Assembly (NCBI GenBank): GCA_964016885.1
Contig: OZ024741.1
Span: 296,298,001 to 296,362,000 of the forward strand
Length of the DNA stretch: 64,000 nucleotides
From: Eledone cirrhosa
Lineage: Eukaryota
Direction of reading: 5' to 3'
Position 1 is the stretch's first letter. Every line of letters starts with the position of its first letter. Both the position numbers and the translations under genes were made by a program. The notes under the pieces were generated by a model. That model worked only from the letters and a program-made list of their open reading frames with translations, was not told where the DNA came from and searched no databases. Positions 25,814-38,889 of this stretch are shown here, one piece after another.

Positions 25814-27314
25814 AGAAGTGTGTGGGAACAGAGTTCAAAGGGTGTGTAGGGGAGTGGTGGAGAGACATATAGCGAAAGGAAACGGTGCGAATGAAATTAA
25901 AAAATAAAAATAAAAATAAAAATAAAAATAAAGCATGATCAAAATACAAGGAAGGAAATAAATTTAAATATAAAAGCATGATCAAAGTAAACTGAAATTA
26001 AAAGGGGGGTAAAACAGGTGGTGGAAGGGTGTGGGGTGTGTAGGTGTGGTGGCGGGTGGAGTGGGGTGAGGGAGACGGGGTGTCCGAGCGGGGAGGGCTG
26101 AAGGTGGTGTGTGTGTGTAGGTGTACGTGTGTGTGTGTATGTGTGTATGTGAAAGTAAGGGTTGGGGGAAGAACGGGGTTGCATATTCAGGAAGAGGTGT
26201 GTGTGTGTGTGTGGGGGGGTTGTAGGTCGGAGTGTCTGTGCGTGTGTGGATAGAGGGGTGGGGGGAGAGGAATCAGGAGGCTGAGGGTGTAAATATGTGG
26301 TGGAAAGCACGTGTATGTGGGGTTTAAGCGTGTTGTGGGTGTAGGTGGTGTGTGGAGAAAAAAAATGTTTGGGGGGTGCGTGTGTGGGTGAGTTATATAG
26401 GTGATTATGTAAGAGGATGGTTGAAAAGTTGGTAAAATCCGATGATGTTTAGTGGATTCTGTGGTGGTCAAGTTCTACGTACGAGTATTCCATGAAGCGA
26501 TGGTCGGAAGAGGAGAGATGTGGGGTGCGCGCGCAACAGGAAGTGGTCAAGCAGTGGGAGTGCTGTGTGTCTGTTTGTGCTGGGAGGTGGTCAGAGGGCA
26601 TAGCAGCAGTCGGTGGAATGGTAAAGGTGTGAAATTTGGAGTAGGTGGGTAGGTGTGAAAGTTGGAGTGAGGAGGGTGTGTGTGTGTGTATTAGTAGAGG
26701 TGTTAGTGGGATGAGTGAGTGTGGAGCGAGGGTGTGGGTGGAGCGAGGAGAGAAGGGTGTGTGTAGTTCTATGGAGGGAGTGTGGTGTACTGGTGTGTGT
26801 GTAGTTTGATGAAGGGGTGTTAGTGGGTGTTAGTATACGGGAGGGGGAGGGGTTGAATGCAGGTGTGAGTGGGGGTTAGTGGTGGTAGGGTGTGTAGAGT
26901 TGGTGGTGTACGAGGGTGTGTGGGTACGTGTGGTGGGGTTGGGAGGTGTTAGTGATGTTAGTTGCGTGTGGGGTGGGTGGTGTAAGTGGGTGCATGTGTT
27001 CGTGTGCTTGGGGTCAGGGGGTGTTAGTGAGGTTAGTTGCGGGGTGGTGGGATGGAGGTGTGGGGGTGAGAGGTGTGGGGTGAGGGTTAGTGTGAGCGCG
27101 TGTATATATGTGCCGGTGGGTGTGTGCGTGTGATAAGGAGGGGGAGGAGGAGAAGAAGGGAGGGATGTTAGTATGTTAGTTGGGGAAGGGTGGTCAGATG
27201 AGGGGTGGAGTGGAGGTGTTAGTATTGTTAGTTGTGGGGTGGACGGTGAAAAGTAGGGGTGTGTTAGTGGTGTTAGTGGAGGATAAGTGTGGGAGGATGG
27301 GGGGCGGTCGAAGG

Positions 27315-30055
27315 CTAAAGGAATAAGGGTGGGGAGTTCAGGCCGGGGGGAGTGTGGGTCTGTAAGACGAAGATAGTTCTTTGTTCGACTCTAAGGCGAT
27401 TGGCGGGTGTTCCGTGGCACTGGAGTAGGCCACAGACTGTGAGATGGCGTGCGGAATGTCCAGGGCCACCAAAGTGGCGGGCGATGGGGGAACTACCCCC
27501 GAGACGAATATCCCGGAGGTGCTCAGTGAATCGGTCCGCCAGGCGACGTCCCGTCTGTCCGACATAAGTCGCGCTGCACTCCGTGCAGCGAAGTCCGTAG
27601 ACTAGGTTGGAGGAGGTGCAGCGGAAGGCATGCCGGACAGAGAGAGAGTGGCCGTTGGGACCCTGGAAGGTGGTGGTGTTGGTGATGTGGGGACAGGTGT
27701 TGCAGCGGGGCCTAGAACAGGGAAAGGAACCGGGGGAGGAAGCAGAGCGTAGGTTGGGGGGTAGAGAACTGTGGACGAGGAGGGTGCGGAGATTGTGTGC
27801 GCGTTTGAAGGAGGGGAGTGGTGGGGTTGGGAAGATGTGGGAGGTGGAGGGGTCGGACTGGAGGCGTCGGAAGAGGCGGCGGATGGTGCGGTGGAGGGGT
27901 AAGGTGGAGGGGTGGTAGGTGATGGGGAAGGGGAGACGGTGGGTGGGTGTGCGGTGGCGTGGGTGAGGGTGGTGGAGCGGCGGACAGCACGGGCGCGGGT
28001 GAGAGCGGTGTGAACGAGAGAGAGGGGGGGGGGGGGGTAACCTCTGCGGATGAAATGGCTGACTAGGGAAAGGGCCTGGGAGCATCTCGGCTACAGAGGC
28101 GGCGGATCCTGAGAAGTTGGGAGTAGGGAATGGAGTGTTTAGTATGGGTGGGGTGGGAAGAGGTGAAGTCGAGGTAAGAGTGGGAGTCGGTGGGTTTGAA
28201 GAAGGCGGAGGTGACGAGGGAGTGGTGGGAGGGGTCGAAGGCGACGGAGATGTCTAAGAAGTGGACGTGGGTGGTGGAGATAGAGGTGGTGAAGTGGAGG
28301 GAAGGGTGGAAGGAGCAGAAGAAGGAGAGGAAGGAGTCGAGCTGTTCTCGGGTGAGGGTCGTGGCTCCGATACAGTCGTCAATGTAACGACCGTACAGTT
28401 CGGGCGTGGGGCCGGTGTACTGGGCAAAGATTTGGGCCTCAACATGACCAACAAAAAGGTTGGCATAGTTCGGGCCCATTCTTGTACCCATGGCTACCCC
28501 CGTGACCTGTTGGTAAAACTCACCCGAGAAGGAGAAACAATTCAGGGTGAGGACCAGCTCGCCGAGGCGAAGGAGGGTGGGGGTGGAAGGAATGGGGGAG
28601 GGGCGAAGGTCGAGGTAGTGTTTGAGGGCGCGTAGGCCGTCGGCGTGGGGGATGACGGTATAGAGGGACTTGATGTCTAGGGTGAAGAGGAAGGGCTGTG
28701 GGCCGGGTGGGTAGGTGAAGGAGTCGAAAAGGCGAAGGGCGTGGTTGGTGTCGGAGATGTGGGAGGGGAGGGTGGTGACAAGGGAGGCAAGGATGGAGTC
28801 GAGAAAGGCGGAGATGAGTTCGGTGGGGCAGTTGCAAGCGGAGACGACTGGGCGGCCGGGGTTGTCGGGTTTGTGGAGTTTGGGGAGGAAGTAGATGGTG
28901 GGGGTGCGGGGGTGCGGACGATGAGGTGGGAAGCGGTGGGGGGAGGGAGGAGGCGATAAGGTCTTTGATGGTGGAGGAGACTTGTTGTTGGTAGAGGGGG
29001 TGGGATCGGAGAGTAGAGGGCGGTAGAAGAGGGGGTTACAGAACTGCCTGAGGGCTTCGGCCGTGTAGAGGTCCACGCGCCACACCACTACGGCGCCTCC
29101 CTTGTCCGCCGGTTTGATGACGATGTCATCCCGGCTACGGAGGGAGCGGAGAGCGAAGAGTTCGCCCCGTGAGATGTTGTACCGTTTGGAACGGTGGCGG
29201 AAGTCGAAACGATTTACTGCGCTACGGCTGGCATCGACGAAGGCGCCAGGGTGCTAAATTGCCCTGGGGCCGGCGTCCAAGAAGATGGTCGTCGGCCCAG
29301 GGCGAGAAACGGGTCTGGGGCGTCCGGAGCCGGTGGCGTTCGGCCGAAATGTGCCTGTAACTTAGTGCGTCGCACGAATCGCTCGACTTCCGTTCGGGTG
29401 CGGAACTCGTCGCTGTGCGGAGTGTGGGGTATGAAGCTAAGGCCTCTACTAAGGAGTGAGCGCTCAGGTGCGGAGAGGGGGAGGTCAGGGGGTATGGTGA
29501 CAACAAGTGGTGGGGTTTGGGTGTTGGGGTGGGGGGAGAGGTGGGGGGGGGCGTATGTGGATGGGCGGGTGGTGGTGGATGGGGGTGGTTGGGAGGAGTG
29601 AGTGTAGCTTGTGGGCTTTGGTGGAGCTGAGGAAGGAGAAGAGGTTGTGGTTGAGGTTTTGGATGAAGGAGAGGATGGCTTGGGCGAGGAGGGGGTGGCA
29701 GGTGGAGTTAAGGCGGAGGAGGGTGGGAGTCAGTTGGTGGTCAAGTTGGCGGAGGGTGGAACGGGGGGGCGCGGATGGAGTTGCGCATCAGGAGGCGTGA
29801 GGATCGGGTGAGGATACGTTGCGTGGAGGGGGAAGCGGCGGGGGAAGGGTGGAAGTGTAGACGGAAGCCGAGGGGGATAAGGTGGAGGCGGAGGCAGTGG
29901 CTGAGGAAATGGATGTGGCTGGAGTGCCGGGTTTTGGCGAAGAGATGGTAGGACAGTTGAAGGGCAGAGGGGAGATAGCAGGGTGGGAGGAGGAGGGTGA
30001 GGAAAAGTTTGAGGCGATTATGTAGTTGGTGGAGAAAAGATCTCAGGCTGGGCAT
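27315..30055 (-). pseudogene. PLE RT-GIY-YIG ORF with several frameshifts
   Basis: KPADKGG, YFLPKLHK..GRPVVS, LDIKSLYT, GVAMGTRMGPNYANLF, RYIDD, FLDI; CSRPRCNTC linker; VYGLRC..YVGQTGR..RFTEH; ATG at 30055. Confidence 0.93.
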
Positions 30056-30766
30056 GGTGGGCGTTGGGTGAAAGCAGGGGGAGGGATGAGAAGGCAGGGG
30101 TGTGAAGCGGGGTGGAGTGAACGAAGGAGTGAGTGCGAAGGATAGGCAGAGACGGGGAAGGGAAAATGAAACAGAAAAACGTAGGGAGGGGGGAGTAAAC
30201 ACAGGAAAATTAAAGACAAAAAATCATAAAGGTAAAAACACAGGCAATCGTGAACAAAAAATCATAAAGGTAAAAACATAGGCAATCGTGAACAAAAAAA
30301 TCATAGAAATAAAATTGTAAGAACACAGGCAAGGAATCATATACGGAAATAAACAAGTACAGTAACAAAATCAAACAGAGGTAATGCGTGGAAGGAAAGA
30401 CCAAGTGTGGGAAGGAGTGTAAAGTTCGGAGAAAGGTCACGGCGGATTAGATCGGGGTTGAGCCGGTAGTTAAGTTATGTTCCAAGGAATGGAAGCCGTG
30501 TGAGCGTGTATTATATATAATGGAAAAATTTGAACAGGAACAAAACAGAGAGGCAGTACAACGAATGTTTATTAATTTCACGCTCTGGAGAGTGGGGTGT
30601 TGGTGGGGAACGACGTTTCGGGCATAAGCCCTTCCTCAGGTGAGAAGTGTGTGGGAACAGAGTTCAAAGGGTGTGTAGGGGAGTGGTGGAGAGACATATA
30701 GCGAAAGGAAACGGTGCGAATGAAATTAAAAAATAAAAATAAAAATAAAAATAAAGCATGATCAAA

Positions 30767-30979
30767 TAACGAAGGAAATGTGGTAAGGAACCAGATGGAC
30801 CATAACGCACCAAAGTACTCAATACTTTGGGTAGTAGAGTGGGTAATAGGAACGAGTAGGACCCCGACGGCTGAGCTCAAGCCGTTTCGACGGCTAATTC
30901 TGGACTAAATTTAGTCCAGATTCAGTCCAGAATTAGTCGTCGGAATGGCTTGAGCTCAGCCGTCGGGGTCCTACTCGTT

Positions 30980-30984
<5 letters not shown>
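30767..30984 (-). mobile_element. Fold-back PLE-end mini-element (hairpin 30847-30984 plus 80-nt tail)
   Basis: ataggaacgagtaggaccccgacggctgagctcaagcc and its reverse complement; tail cactc..tattgagtact. Confidence 0.8.
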
Positions 30985-31038
<54 letters not shown>

Positions 31039-31064
31039 ACACACGCATACACATATATATATAT

Positions 31065-33265
31065 GTATCTTTTTCGCCCACTTAGTCCTTGAGAGGGTCA
31101 TGGGGGACAGAGTCCTCACACACTCCTTCCAGCGGGCCCTGTCAGAAGCAACCGTCTGCAATTGATCTGGTTGTATTCCCATGCAAGTCTGGCTGTGCTG
31201 CATCCGGGGCGAAAATCGCATCGTTCATCAGCTAGCTTAGACTTGACAATCACCCTGCATCTCTTTGTCAGACACTTAACATAGACTTTACTGGGTGAGA
31301 GGGGCGGTTTAACAAGGAGATCCCTCTGTAATTGCAATCATCTCTTTTGCCCCCTTTTTTTAAATTGGGAATGTCACTCCCGATTGTCATTGCTTAGGTG
31401 CCACCCGGCACACACGAGTCAGCCAGAGAATACCTTTGATATTTAAGGCTTTTAACATCTCGGGCTGAATTTCATTCTCCCCAGCGGCCTTGCCACATTT
31501 GAGCTCTTTAACTGTTCTTGTGACCTCAGCCTCCGAGAGATTAGTCACCGCTCCCAGAAGCACCTCGTGCACATCAGAAGTTGCTGTAGTGATCAGGTTT
31601 AGGAGATTAGCAAAGTATTCTCTCCACGAGGATGCACCTCTCTGAACCCCAGACACGTTCCTGATAGCAGGTGTGGAGGAGGACTTCTTATTTCGAAGTC
31701 GGCGGATGGTCTGCCAGAACACTTTATTCGTTGATCTGGAGTCGGATTCAAGCTTAAACCCAACCCCAAAGTCCTCCCATGTCTTAACTTTGAACGTTTT
31801 TATTGTCTCTCTGCGATTCTCCATGCCTGTTTGTACCGCAAGTGCAAGAAGGAAGATTTATTTCCAAGTCAAGCTTTGTAGGCCTCCCTCTTTGGTCGGA
31901 TAACGTCCTTGACCTCTTTATTAAACCAAGGAGTCCTCCTGCCATCCGGCCCCACACCAAGCCTCTTTCGCCCGCAACATTTAACAGTTGAAGCAAAAAC
32001 TGCTGAGCTGAACAATCTCCACTGTCTCAGCACCCTCAGTTTGCTCAGGGTGTTCTCTGAATTTGGATACAATACCGTCTGTATACCTGGTCCTGACTTC
32101 TTTATCCACCAACTCTTCTCACTTTATTCTGTAGGTCACCTTGGACCTGCTAGTTTTGTGGGCTAATTTGGCTTTAGGTAGACTTGAGTTGCAGATAACT
32201 AGATGGTGATCAGTTGACAGCTCAGCCCCTCTCTTAACACGAACATCCATCCAGCACATAATTGAAGAGATCAGAGATAAAACCAAAATTAATTATTGAT
32301 CTCTGTCCCCTTATGACACAATTCCCCTTATACCACGGATCTCTCTGTACTGGAAGGTGTTTATAATAGAAATCTAATAAGGCTTCTCCATTCGTATTTA
32401 GATCGGGGTCACTGTTTTTTTCTAATCACTTTCCATGTCAGGTGGTCAGTGCCAACATGTGCATTGAATTCTCACATCAGGATATATGACTGTCATAAAT
32501 ACATTTAACGTTGCAGTGACTTCATCAAGGCAGGATCTGTATTCGGACTCCTTGTTTGGTGCATAAACTTGCACCACCCACAAAGACATATCTTTCAGCC
32601 TAAGCTTCAAGAGGCAAATCCTCCCTCCTAATAGGATCCAGTGCATAACACATTCTGACAGCCGGGAGCTTGTGAGTATCCCCACTCCTGTCTGTGCAGT
32701 CATTTCTGGCACCACACCTAAATAGTGGAGTTTCCATCCTCCATCCAAATCTACAGTATCAGAGCCACGGAACTTTATTGAGGAAACCCCGACAATATAT
32801 AACCGGTAGCATCTAGCCTGCTGCACTAGTTTTTGCTCCTTACCTATAAGGGTTGTGATTCCAGGTTCCAATTGTCAAGGTTTTCTCCCTTCCAAACTTT
32901 CTGTGGGGTCCCGGGATACGCAATCTTTGTGCATCTATCCCACGCGTCTCAGGACAATTCGCAGGCCCATCGCCAGCTTTTGCGGCATGAAATGGCGACT
33001 GCAATATATTTTTCGAACAGGCTCCTCTACCAAGGTCTGAACGCGTCTCTTGTTAACCCGCACGAGGGACGATGCGGTGTGGTTCTTTTTCGTACCTCTC
33101 AACATATTACAGTTTCGGTGCTCTTATTCGCGCCAATCACCAATCTGGTATTTTCTCAAATTCGCGAAGACTAGGCTTTTTTAGAGGCGGCCTTTACTCG
33201 TCTCGTCATTGCTACATCACTGGGTTGCGAGAATTTTCTTGGGAGCTACAGGTGTCATCCATTTC
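31065..33265 (-). mobile_element. RTE-clade (Expander/Rex3-like) LINE, decayed, RT core deleted
   Basis: APE motifs (ITTLIGKE..IVGVSS..GVGIL..QVYAPN), FWQTIRRLR, LKCGKAAGENEIQPEMLK, C-terminal DRARWKECV. Confidence 0.85.
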
Positions 33266-33348
33266 TCCATATATATATATATATATATATATATTAGGTA
33301 TAGGATTATCCAAGATGCAGTGATGATGTCTACCTGTTATTATTCATT

Positions 33349-33427
<79 letters not shown>

Positions 33428-33429
33428 GG

Positions 33430-33785
33430 TTTGAAGGTTCACCACTGGATAGAGCTGGTCATTCCGAATGGTCAATCTTGATGTAATAATATGGAGAGTA
33501 CTCAACGTAAAGCAGCTCAACCATTTTCGTTTGTGTAGTTGGTGGTGCGAGTACGGAGTTAATTATTATAATAAAATAACAGGAGGCTGGACTTGTGTAA
33601 ATCCTTGAAAGGTTTATTATACTATGATCATTTCAATGACCGGGTTCCGTATGAATCCGGTTATATCATCAGGTATTCGAAATATAATAAATAAATGTAA
33701 CAGATAAAATCCATGGGGCTGAAAATCATAGACCCGAGGACGACCGACCATCTAGCATATTCCACTTTAGCCGGTCGCCCTCAAT
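33430..33785 (-). mobile_element. PLE pLTR remnant with hammerhead (33619-33676) and tail
   Basis: atac CTGATGA..accgg/ccggt..GAAAtgatcaTA gtat AATAAA; palindromic stem III; TA flanks. Confidence 0.78.
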
Positions 33786-34046
33786 ATATATATATATATA
33801 TCCTAAAAATCGTGTATTGGCAGTGAAGTGGGGTTTATACAGATAAATTACTTAATGTATATTTTTGTTTAGAAATGGGTAAGGGGATAAATAGTGAAAT
33901 ACATAAGGCCAGATGAGTTAAGTTAGGGACTTAAGAAGAATTGATTATCACCTGCATAAATGGTGCCTCGTTCTTGTGCCTAAAGCCAGCCTCACGCCGA
34001 CAAACTTATGATGAAAGCCATCCAGGTCTGACAATCTGTCATTTTG

Positions 34047-34384
34047 TACTCTGAGGTCCCAAATAATAGGGGAGGGTGTTGGAATAAGAGGGGGGTGGGT
34101 GAGGGTAGAAAATTGGTAATGTTTCTAAATTGTCTCCCTTGCTTTTTTTAAAAAACCAGAATTAGTCGTTTAGTTTACATATTGAGGCCTCCAACACGTT
34201 TTATTTATTTTATAACGTATGAGATTTCTAGTAATGTATTTTTTTTATGATGTATGTTTTTTAATGTCTAAAGAAAATTAATTGTCGCAGGAATGCTGCC
34301 ACTTAAAATAAAATTTTGCTGGAAATAGATTAGCAAAATTTAATAAGTGGAGGTGGGGGAGCGGGAAGATGAGACCCGAGGGTA
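34047..34384 (+). mobile_element. TA-flanked MITE-like element (copy 1)
   Basis: Ends tactctgaggtccc / gagacccgagggta; interior matches the reverse complement of 54029-54353. Confidence 0.65.
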
Positions 34385-34589
34385 TGTCGGGGACTACATT
34401 TTCTAATAGGTTTTTCTTTCTCAATGCAATAGGTTGAAATTTAATGGAGCTTTGACTGCTACTTCTAGTAAGCTGAACTACAGTGCACATTTAGTTGTTG
34501 CTATTGTGGTGATGTTGCTGTTAGTGTTGGTAGAGTTGTTGTTGTTGTTAGCGTTGATGTTTTGTTGTTATTGTTGTTGTTGTGGTGGT

Positions 34590-36745
34590 GGTGTCGGAAG
34601 AATTGCTGGTGTTGTTGTGGTGTTGGTGGTAGTGGTGGTGTCGGAAGAATTGCTGGTGTTGTGGTAGTGGTGGTAATGGTGGTGGTGGTGTCGGAAGAAT
34701 TGCTGGTGTTGTTGTGGTGTTGGTGGTAGTGGTGGTAATGGTGGTGGTGGTGTCGGAAGAATTGCTGGTGTTGTTGTGGTGTTGGTGGTAATGGTGGTGG
34801 TGGTGTCGGAAGAATTGCTGGCGTTGTTGTGGTGTTGGTGGTAGTGGTGGTAATGGTGTTGGTGGTGTCGGAAGAATTGCTGGTGTTGTGGTAGTGGTGG
34901 TAATGGTGGTGGTGGTGTCGGAAGAATTGCTGGCGTTGTTGTGGTGTTAGTGGTAGTGGTGGTAATGGTGGTGGTGGTGTCGGAAGAATTGCTGGTGTTG
35001 TTGTGGTGTTGGTGGTAGTGGTGGTAATGGTGGTGGTGGTGTCGGAAGAATTGCTGGTGTTGTTGTGGTGTTGGTGGTAATGGTGGTGGTGGTGTCGGAA
35101 GAATTGCTGGTGTTGTGGTAGTGGTGTTGGTGGTAGTGGTGGTAATGGTGTTGGTGGTGTCGGAAGAATTGCTGGTGTTGTGGTAGTGGTGGTAATGGTG
35201 GTGGTGGTGTCGGAAGAATTGCTGGCGTTGTTGTGGTGTTGGTGGTAGTGGTGGTAATGGTGGTGGTGGTGGTCTCGGAAGAATTGCTGGTGTTGTGGTA
35301 GTGGTGGTAATGGTGGTGGTGGTGTCGGAAGAATTGCTGGCGTTGTTGTGGTGTTGGTGGTAGTGGTGGTAATGGTGGTGGTGGTGGTGGTCTCGGAAGA
35401 ATTGCTGGCGTTGGTGGGAGTGGTGGTAATGGTGGTGGTGGTGTCGGAAGAATTGCTGGTGTTGTGGTAGTGGTGGTAATGGTGGTGGTGGTGTCGGAAG
35501 AATTGCTGGTGTTGTGGTAGTGGTGGTAATGGTGGTGGTGGTGGTGTCAGAAGAATTGCTGGTGTTGTTGTGGTGTTGGTGGTAGTGGTGGTGGTCTCGG
35601 AAGAATTGCTGGTGTTGTGGTAGTGGTGGTAATGGTGGTGGTGGTGGTGGTCTCGGAAGAATTGCTGGCGTTGGTGGGAGTGGTGGTAATGGTGGTGGTG
35701 GTGTCGGAAGAATTGCTGGTGTTGTGGTAGTGGTGGTAATGGTGGTGGTGGTGGTGTCAGAAGAATTGCTGGTGTTGTTGTGGTGTTGGTGGTAGTGGTG
35801 GTAATGGTGGTGGTGGTGTCGGAAGAATTGCTGGCGTTGTTGTGGTGTTAGTGGTAGTGGTGGTAATGGTGGTGGTGGTGTCGGAAGAATTGCTGGTGTT
35901 GTTGTGGTGTTGTGGTAGTGGTGGTAATGGTGGTGGTGGTGTCGGAAGAATTGCTGGTGTTGTTGTGGTGTTGTGGTAGTCGTGGTAATGGTGGTGGTGG
36001 TGGTGTCGGAAGAATTGCTGGTGTTGTTGTGGTGTTAGTGGTAATGGTGGTGGTGGTGGTGGTGGTGGTGTCGGAAGAATTGCTGGTGTTGGTGGGAGTG
36101 GTGGTAATGGTGGTGGTGGTGTTGGAAGAATTGCTGGCGTTGTTGTGGTGTTAGTGGTAATGGTGGTGGTGGTGGTGGTGTCGGAAGAATTGCTGGTGTT
36201 GGTGGGAGTGGTGGTAATGGTGGTGGTGGTGTCGGAAGAATTGCTGGTGTTGTGGTAGTGGTGGTAATGGTGGTGGTGGTGTCGGAAGAATTGCTGGTGT
36301 TGTGGTAGTGGTGGTAATGGTGGTGGTGGTGTCGGAAGAATTGCTGGTGTTGGTGGTAGTGGTGGTAATGGTGGTGGTGGTGTCGGAAGAATTGCTGGCG
36401 TTGTTGTGGTGTTGGTGGTAGTGGTGGTAATGGTGGTGGTGGTGTCGGAAGAATTGCTGGTGTTGTTGTGGTGTTGGTGGTAGTGGTGGTAATGGTGGTG
36501 GTGGTGTCGGAAGAATTGCTGGCGTTGTTGTGGTGTTGGTGATAGTGGTGGCAATGGTGGTGGTGGTGTCGGAAGAATTGCTGGTGTTGTGGTAGTGGTG
36601 GTAATGGTGGTGGTGGTGTCGGAAGAATTGCTGGTGTTGTTGTGGTGGTAGTGGTGGTAGTGGTGGTAGTGGTGGTAGTGGTGGTAGTGGGTGTCTGGTT
36701 GGTAATGGTGATGGTGGTGTCGGAAGAATTGCTGGTGTTGTTGTT
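34590..36745 (+). repeat. Minisatellite: invariant core gtcggaagaattgctgg with variable (GGT)n-type spacers
   Basis: About 40 cores; unit ~40-70 bp. Confidence 0.95.
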
Positions 36746-36840
36746 GGAGTATTAGTGGTGGTGGTGGTGGTGGTGGTGGTGGTGGTGGGCTGGTTGGTTG
36801 TGGTGGTTGTGGTGGTGGTCTGGTTGTTATGTTGAATTGT

Positions 36841-36988
36841 CTGAAATGACGACACAACTCAAGGAATATTGTATGAAGATTTCCACTTGGGATTTCCTCA
36901 CATTTTTATGACGTCAACAGACTTTCTTGCGATTCCTCCAAGGTACTTTTCTCAAGTTCATGACGTCATACAAATATACTCTACTTAC
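36841..36988 (-). other. Candidate 148-nt spliceosomal intron
   Basis: Minus strand begins G|GTAAGT and ends tgtcgtcatttCAG|; the ends fall at the edges of a unique-sequence island. Confidence 0.45.
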
Positions 36989-37024
36989 CGACATCACCAC
37001 AATCACTGTTACCACCACCACCGT

Positions 37025-37058
<34 letters not shown>

Positions 37059-37059
37059 G

Positions 37060-37100
<41 letters not shown>

Positions 37101-37214
37101 ATTGCTGCTGCTACTGCTTCTACTGCTGCTGCTACTGCTGCTACTGCTGCTGCTGCTGCCGCTGAATCTTTGTAGTCTTCAGAATCTCCGATAAACTGCC
37201 TGACGTTAATTGCG

Positions 37215-38855
37215 TGTGGTGTTGGTGTGTAGTCGGGTTGTGTGGTGGTGGCGGTGTGTAGTCGGGTTGTGTGGTGGTGGTGTGTAGTCGGGTTGTGTGG
37301 TGGTGGCGGTGTGTAGTCGGGTTGTGTGGTGGTGGTGTGTAGTCGGGTTGTGTGGTGGTGGCGGTGTGTAGTCGGGTTGTGTGGTGGTGGCGGTGTGTAG
37401 TCGGGTTGTGTGGTGGTGGCGGTGTGTAGTCGGGTTGTGTGGTGGTGGCGGTGTGTAGTCGGGTTGTGTGGTGGTGTGGTGTTGGTGTGTAGTCGGGTTG
37501 TGTGGTGGTGGCGGTGTGTAGTCGGGTTGTGTGGTGGTGGTGTGTAGTCGGGTTGTGTGGTGGTGTTGTGGCGGTGTGTAGTCGGGTTGTGTGGTGGTGT
37601 GGTGTTGGTGTGTAGTCGGGTTGTGTGGTGGTGTGGTGTTGATGTGTAGTCGGGTTGTGTGGTGGTGTGGTGGCGGTGTGTAGTCGGGTTGTGTGGTGGT
37701 GTGGTGGCGGTGTGTAGTCGGGTTGTGTGGTGGTGGCGGTGTGTAGTCGGGTTGTGTGGTGGTGGTGTATAGTCGGGTTGTGTGGTGGTGTGGTGATGGT
37801 GTGTAGTCGGGTTGTGTGGTGGTGTTGTGGCGGTGTGTAGTCGGGTTGTATGGTGGTGTGGTGATGGTGTGTAGTCGGGTTGTGTGGTGGTGTGGTGTTG
37901 GTGTGTAGTCGGGTTGTGTGGTGGTGTTGTGGCGGTGTGTAGTCGGGTTGTGTGGTGGTGTGGTGGCGGTGTGTAGTCGGGTTGTATGGTGGTGTGGTGT
38001 TGGTGTGTAGTCGGGTTGTGTGGTGGTGGCGGTGTGTAGTCGGGTTGTGTGGTGGTGGCGGTGTGTAGTCGGGTTGTGTGGTGGTGGTGTGTAGTCGGGT
38101 TGTGTGGTGGTGTTGTGGCGGTGTGTAGTCGGGTTGTGTCGTGGTGTGGTGGCGGTGTGTAGTCGGGTTGTGTGGTGGTGTAGTGGCGGTGTGTAGTCGG
38201 GTTGTGTGGTGGTGTGGTGTTCGTGTGTAGTCGGGTTGTGTGGTGGTGTGGTGTTGGTGTGTAGTCGGGTTGTGTCGTGGTGTGGTGTTCGTGTGTAGTC
38301 GGGTTGTGTGGTGGTGTGGTGTTGGTGTGTAGTCGGGTTGTGTGGTGGTGTGGTGTTGGTGTGTAGTCGGGTTGTGTGGTGGTGTTGTGGCGGTGTGTAG
38401 TCGGGTTGTGTGGTGGTGTGGTGGCGGTGTGTAGTCGGGTTGTATGGTGGTGTGGTGTTGGTGTGTAGTCGGGTTGTGTGGTGGTGGCGGTGTGTAGTCG
38501 GGTTGTGTGGTGGTGGCGGTGTGTAGTCGGGTTGTGTGGTGGTGGTGTGTAGTCGGGTTGTGTGGTGGTGTTGTGGCGGTGTGTAGTCGGGTTGTGTCGT
38601 GGTGTGGTGGCGGTGTGTAGTCGGGTTGTGTGGTGGTGTAGTGGCGGTGTGTAGTCGGGTTGTGTGGTGGTGTGGTGTTCGTGTGTAGTCGGGTTGTGTG
38701 GTGGTGTGGTGATGGTGTGTAGTCGGGTTGTGTCGTGGTGTGGTGTTCGTGTGTAGTCGGGTTGTGTGGTGGTGTGGTGTTGGTGTGTAGTCGGGTTGTG
38801 TGGTGGTGTGGTGTTGGTGTGTAGTCGGGTTGTGTGGTGGTGTGGTGGCGGTGTG
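37215..38855 (+). repeat. Minisatellite: core gtgtagtcgggttgtgtgg, ~24-32 bp units
   Basis: More than 50 cores. Confidence 0.95.
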
Positions 38856-38889
38856 TATCGTGTGTCGAGTGTCATGTGTAGTGATGACA

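Larger units (their letters stand above)
25690..30765 (-). mobile_element. Near full-length Penelope-like retroelement (Neptune-like) with direct pLTRs
   Basis: Direct repeats 25690-25943 and 30519-30765 nearly identical; RT + GIY-YIG ORF between them; 3' end abuts (TA)n. Confidence 0.93.

Noticed and set aside
34590-38855. Constant core with variable spacers resembling a CRISPR array
   Set aside because: Spacers are slippage variants of the same GGT sequence, there are no cas genes, and the context is eukaryotic.
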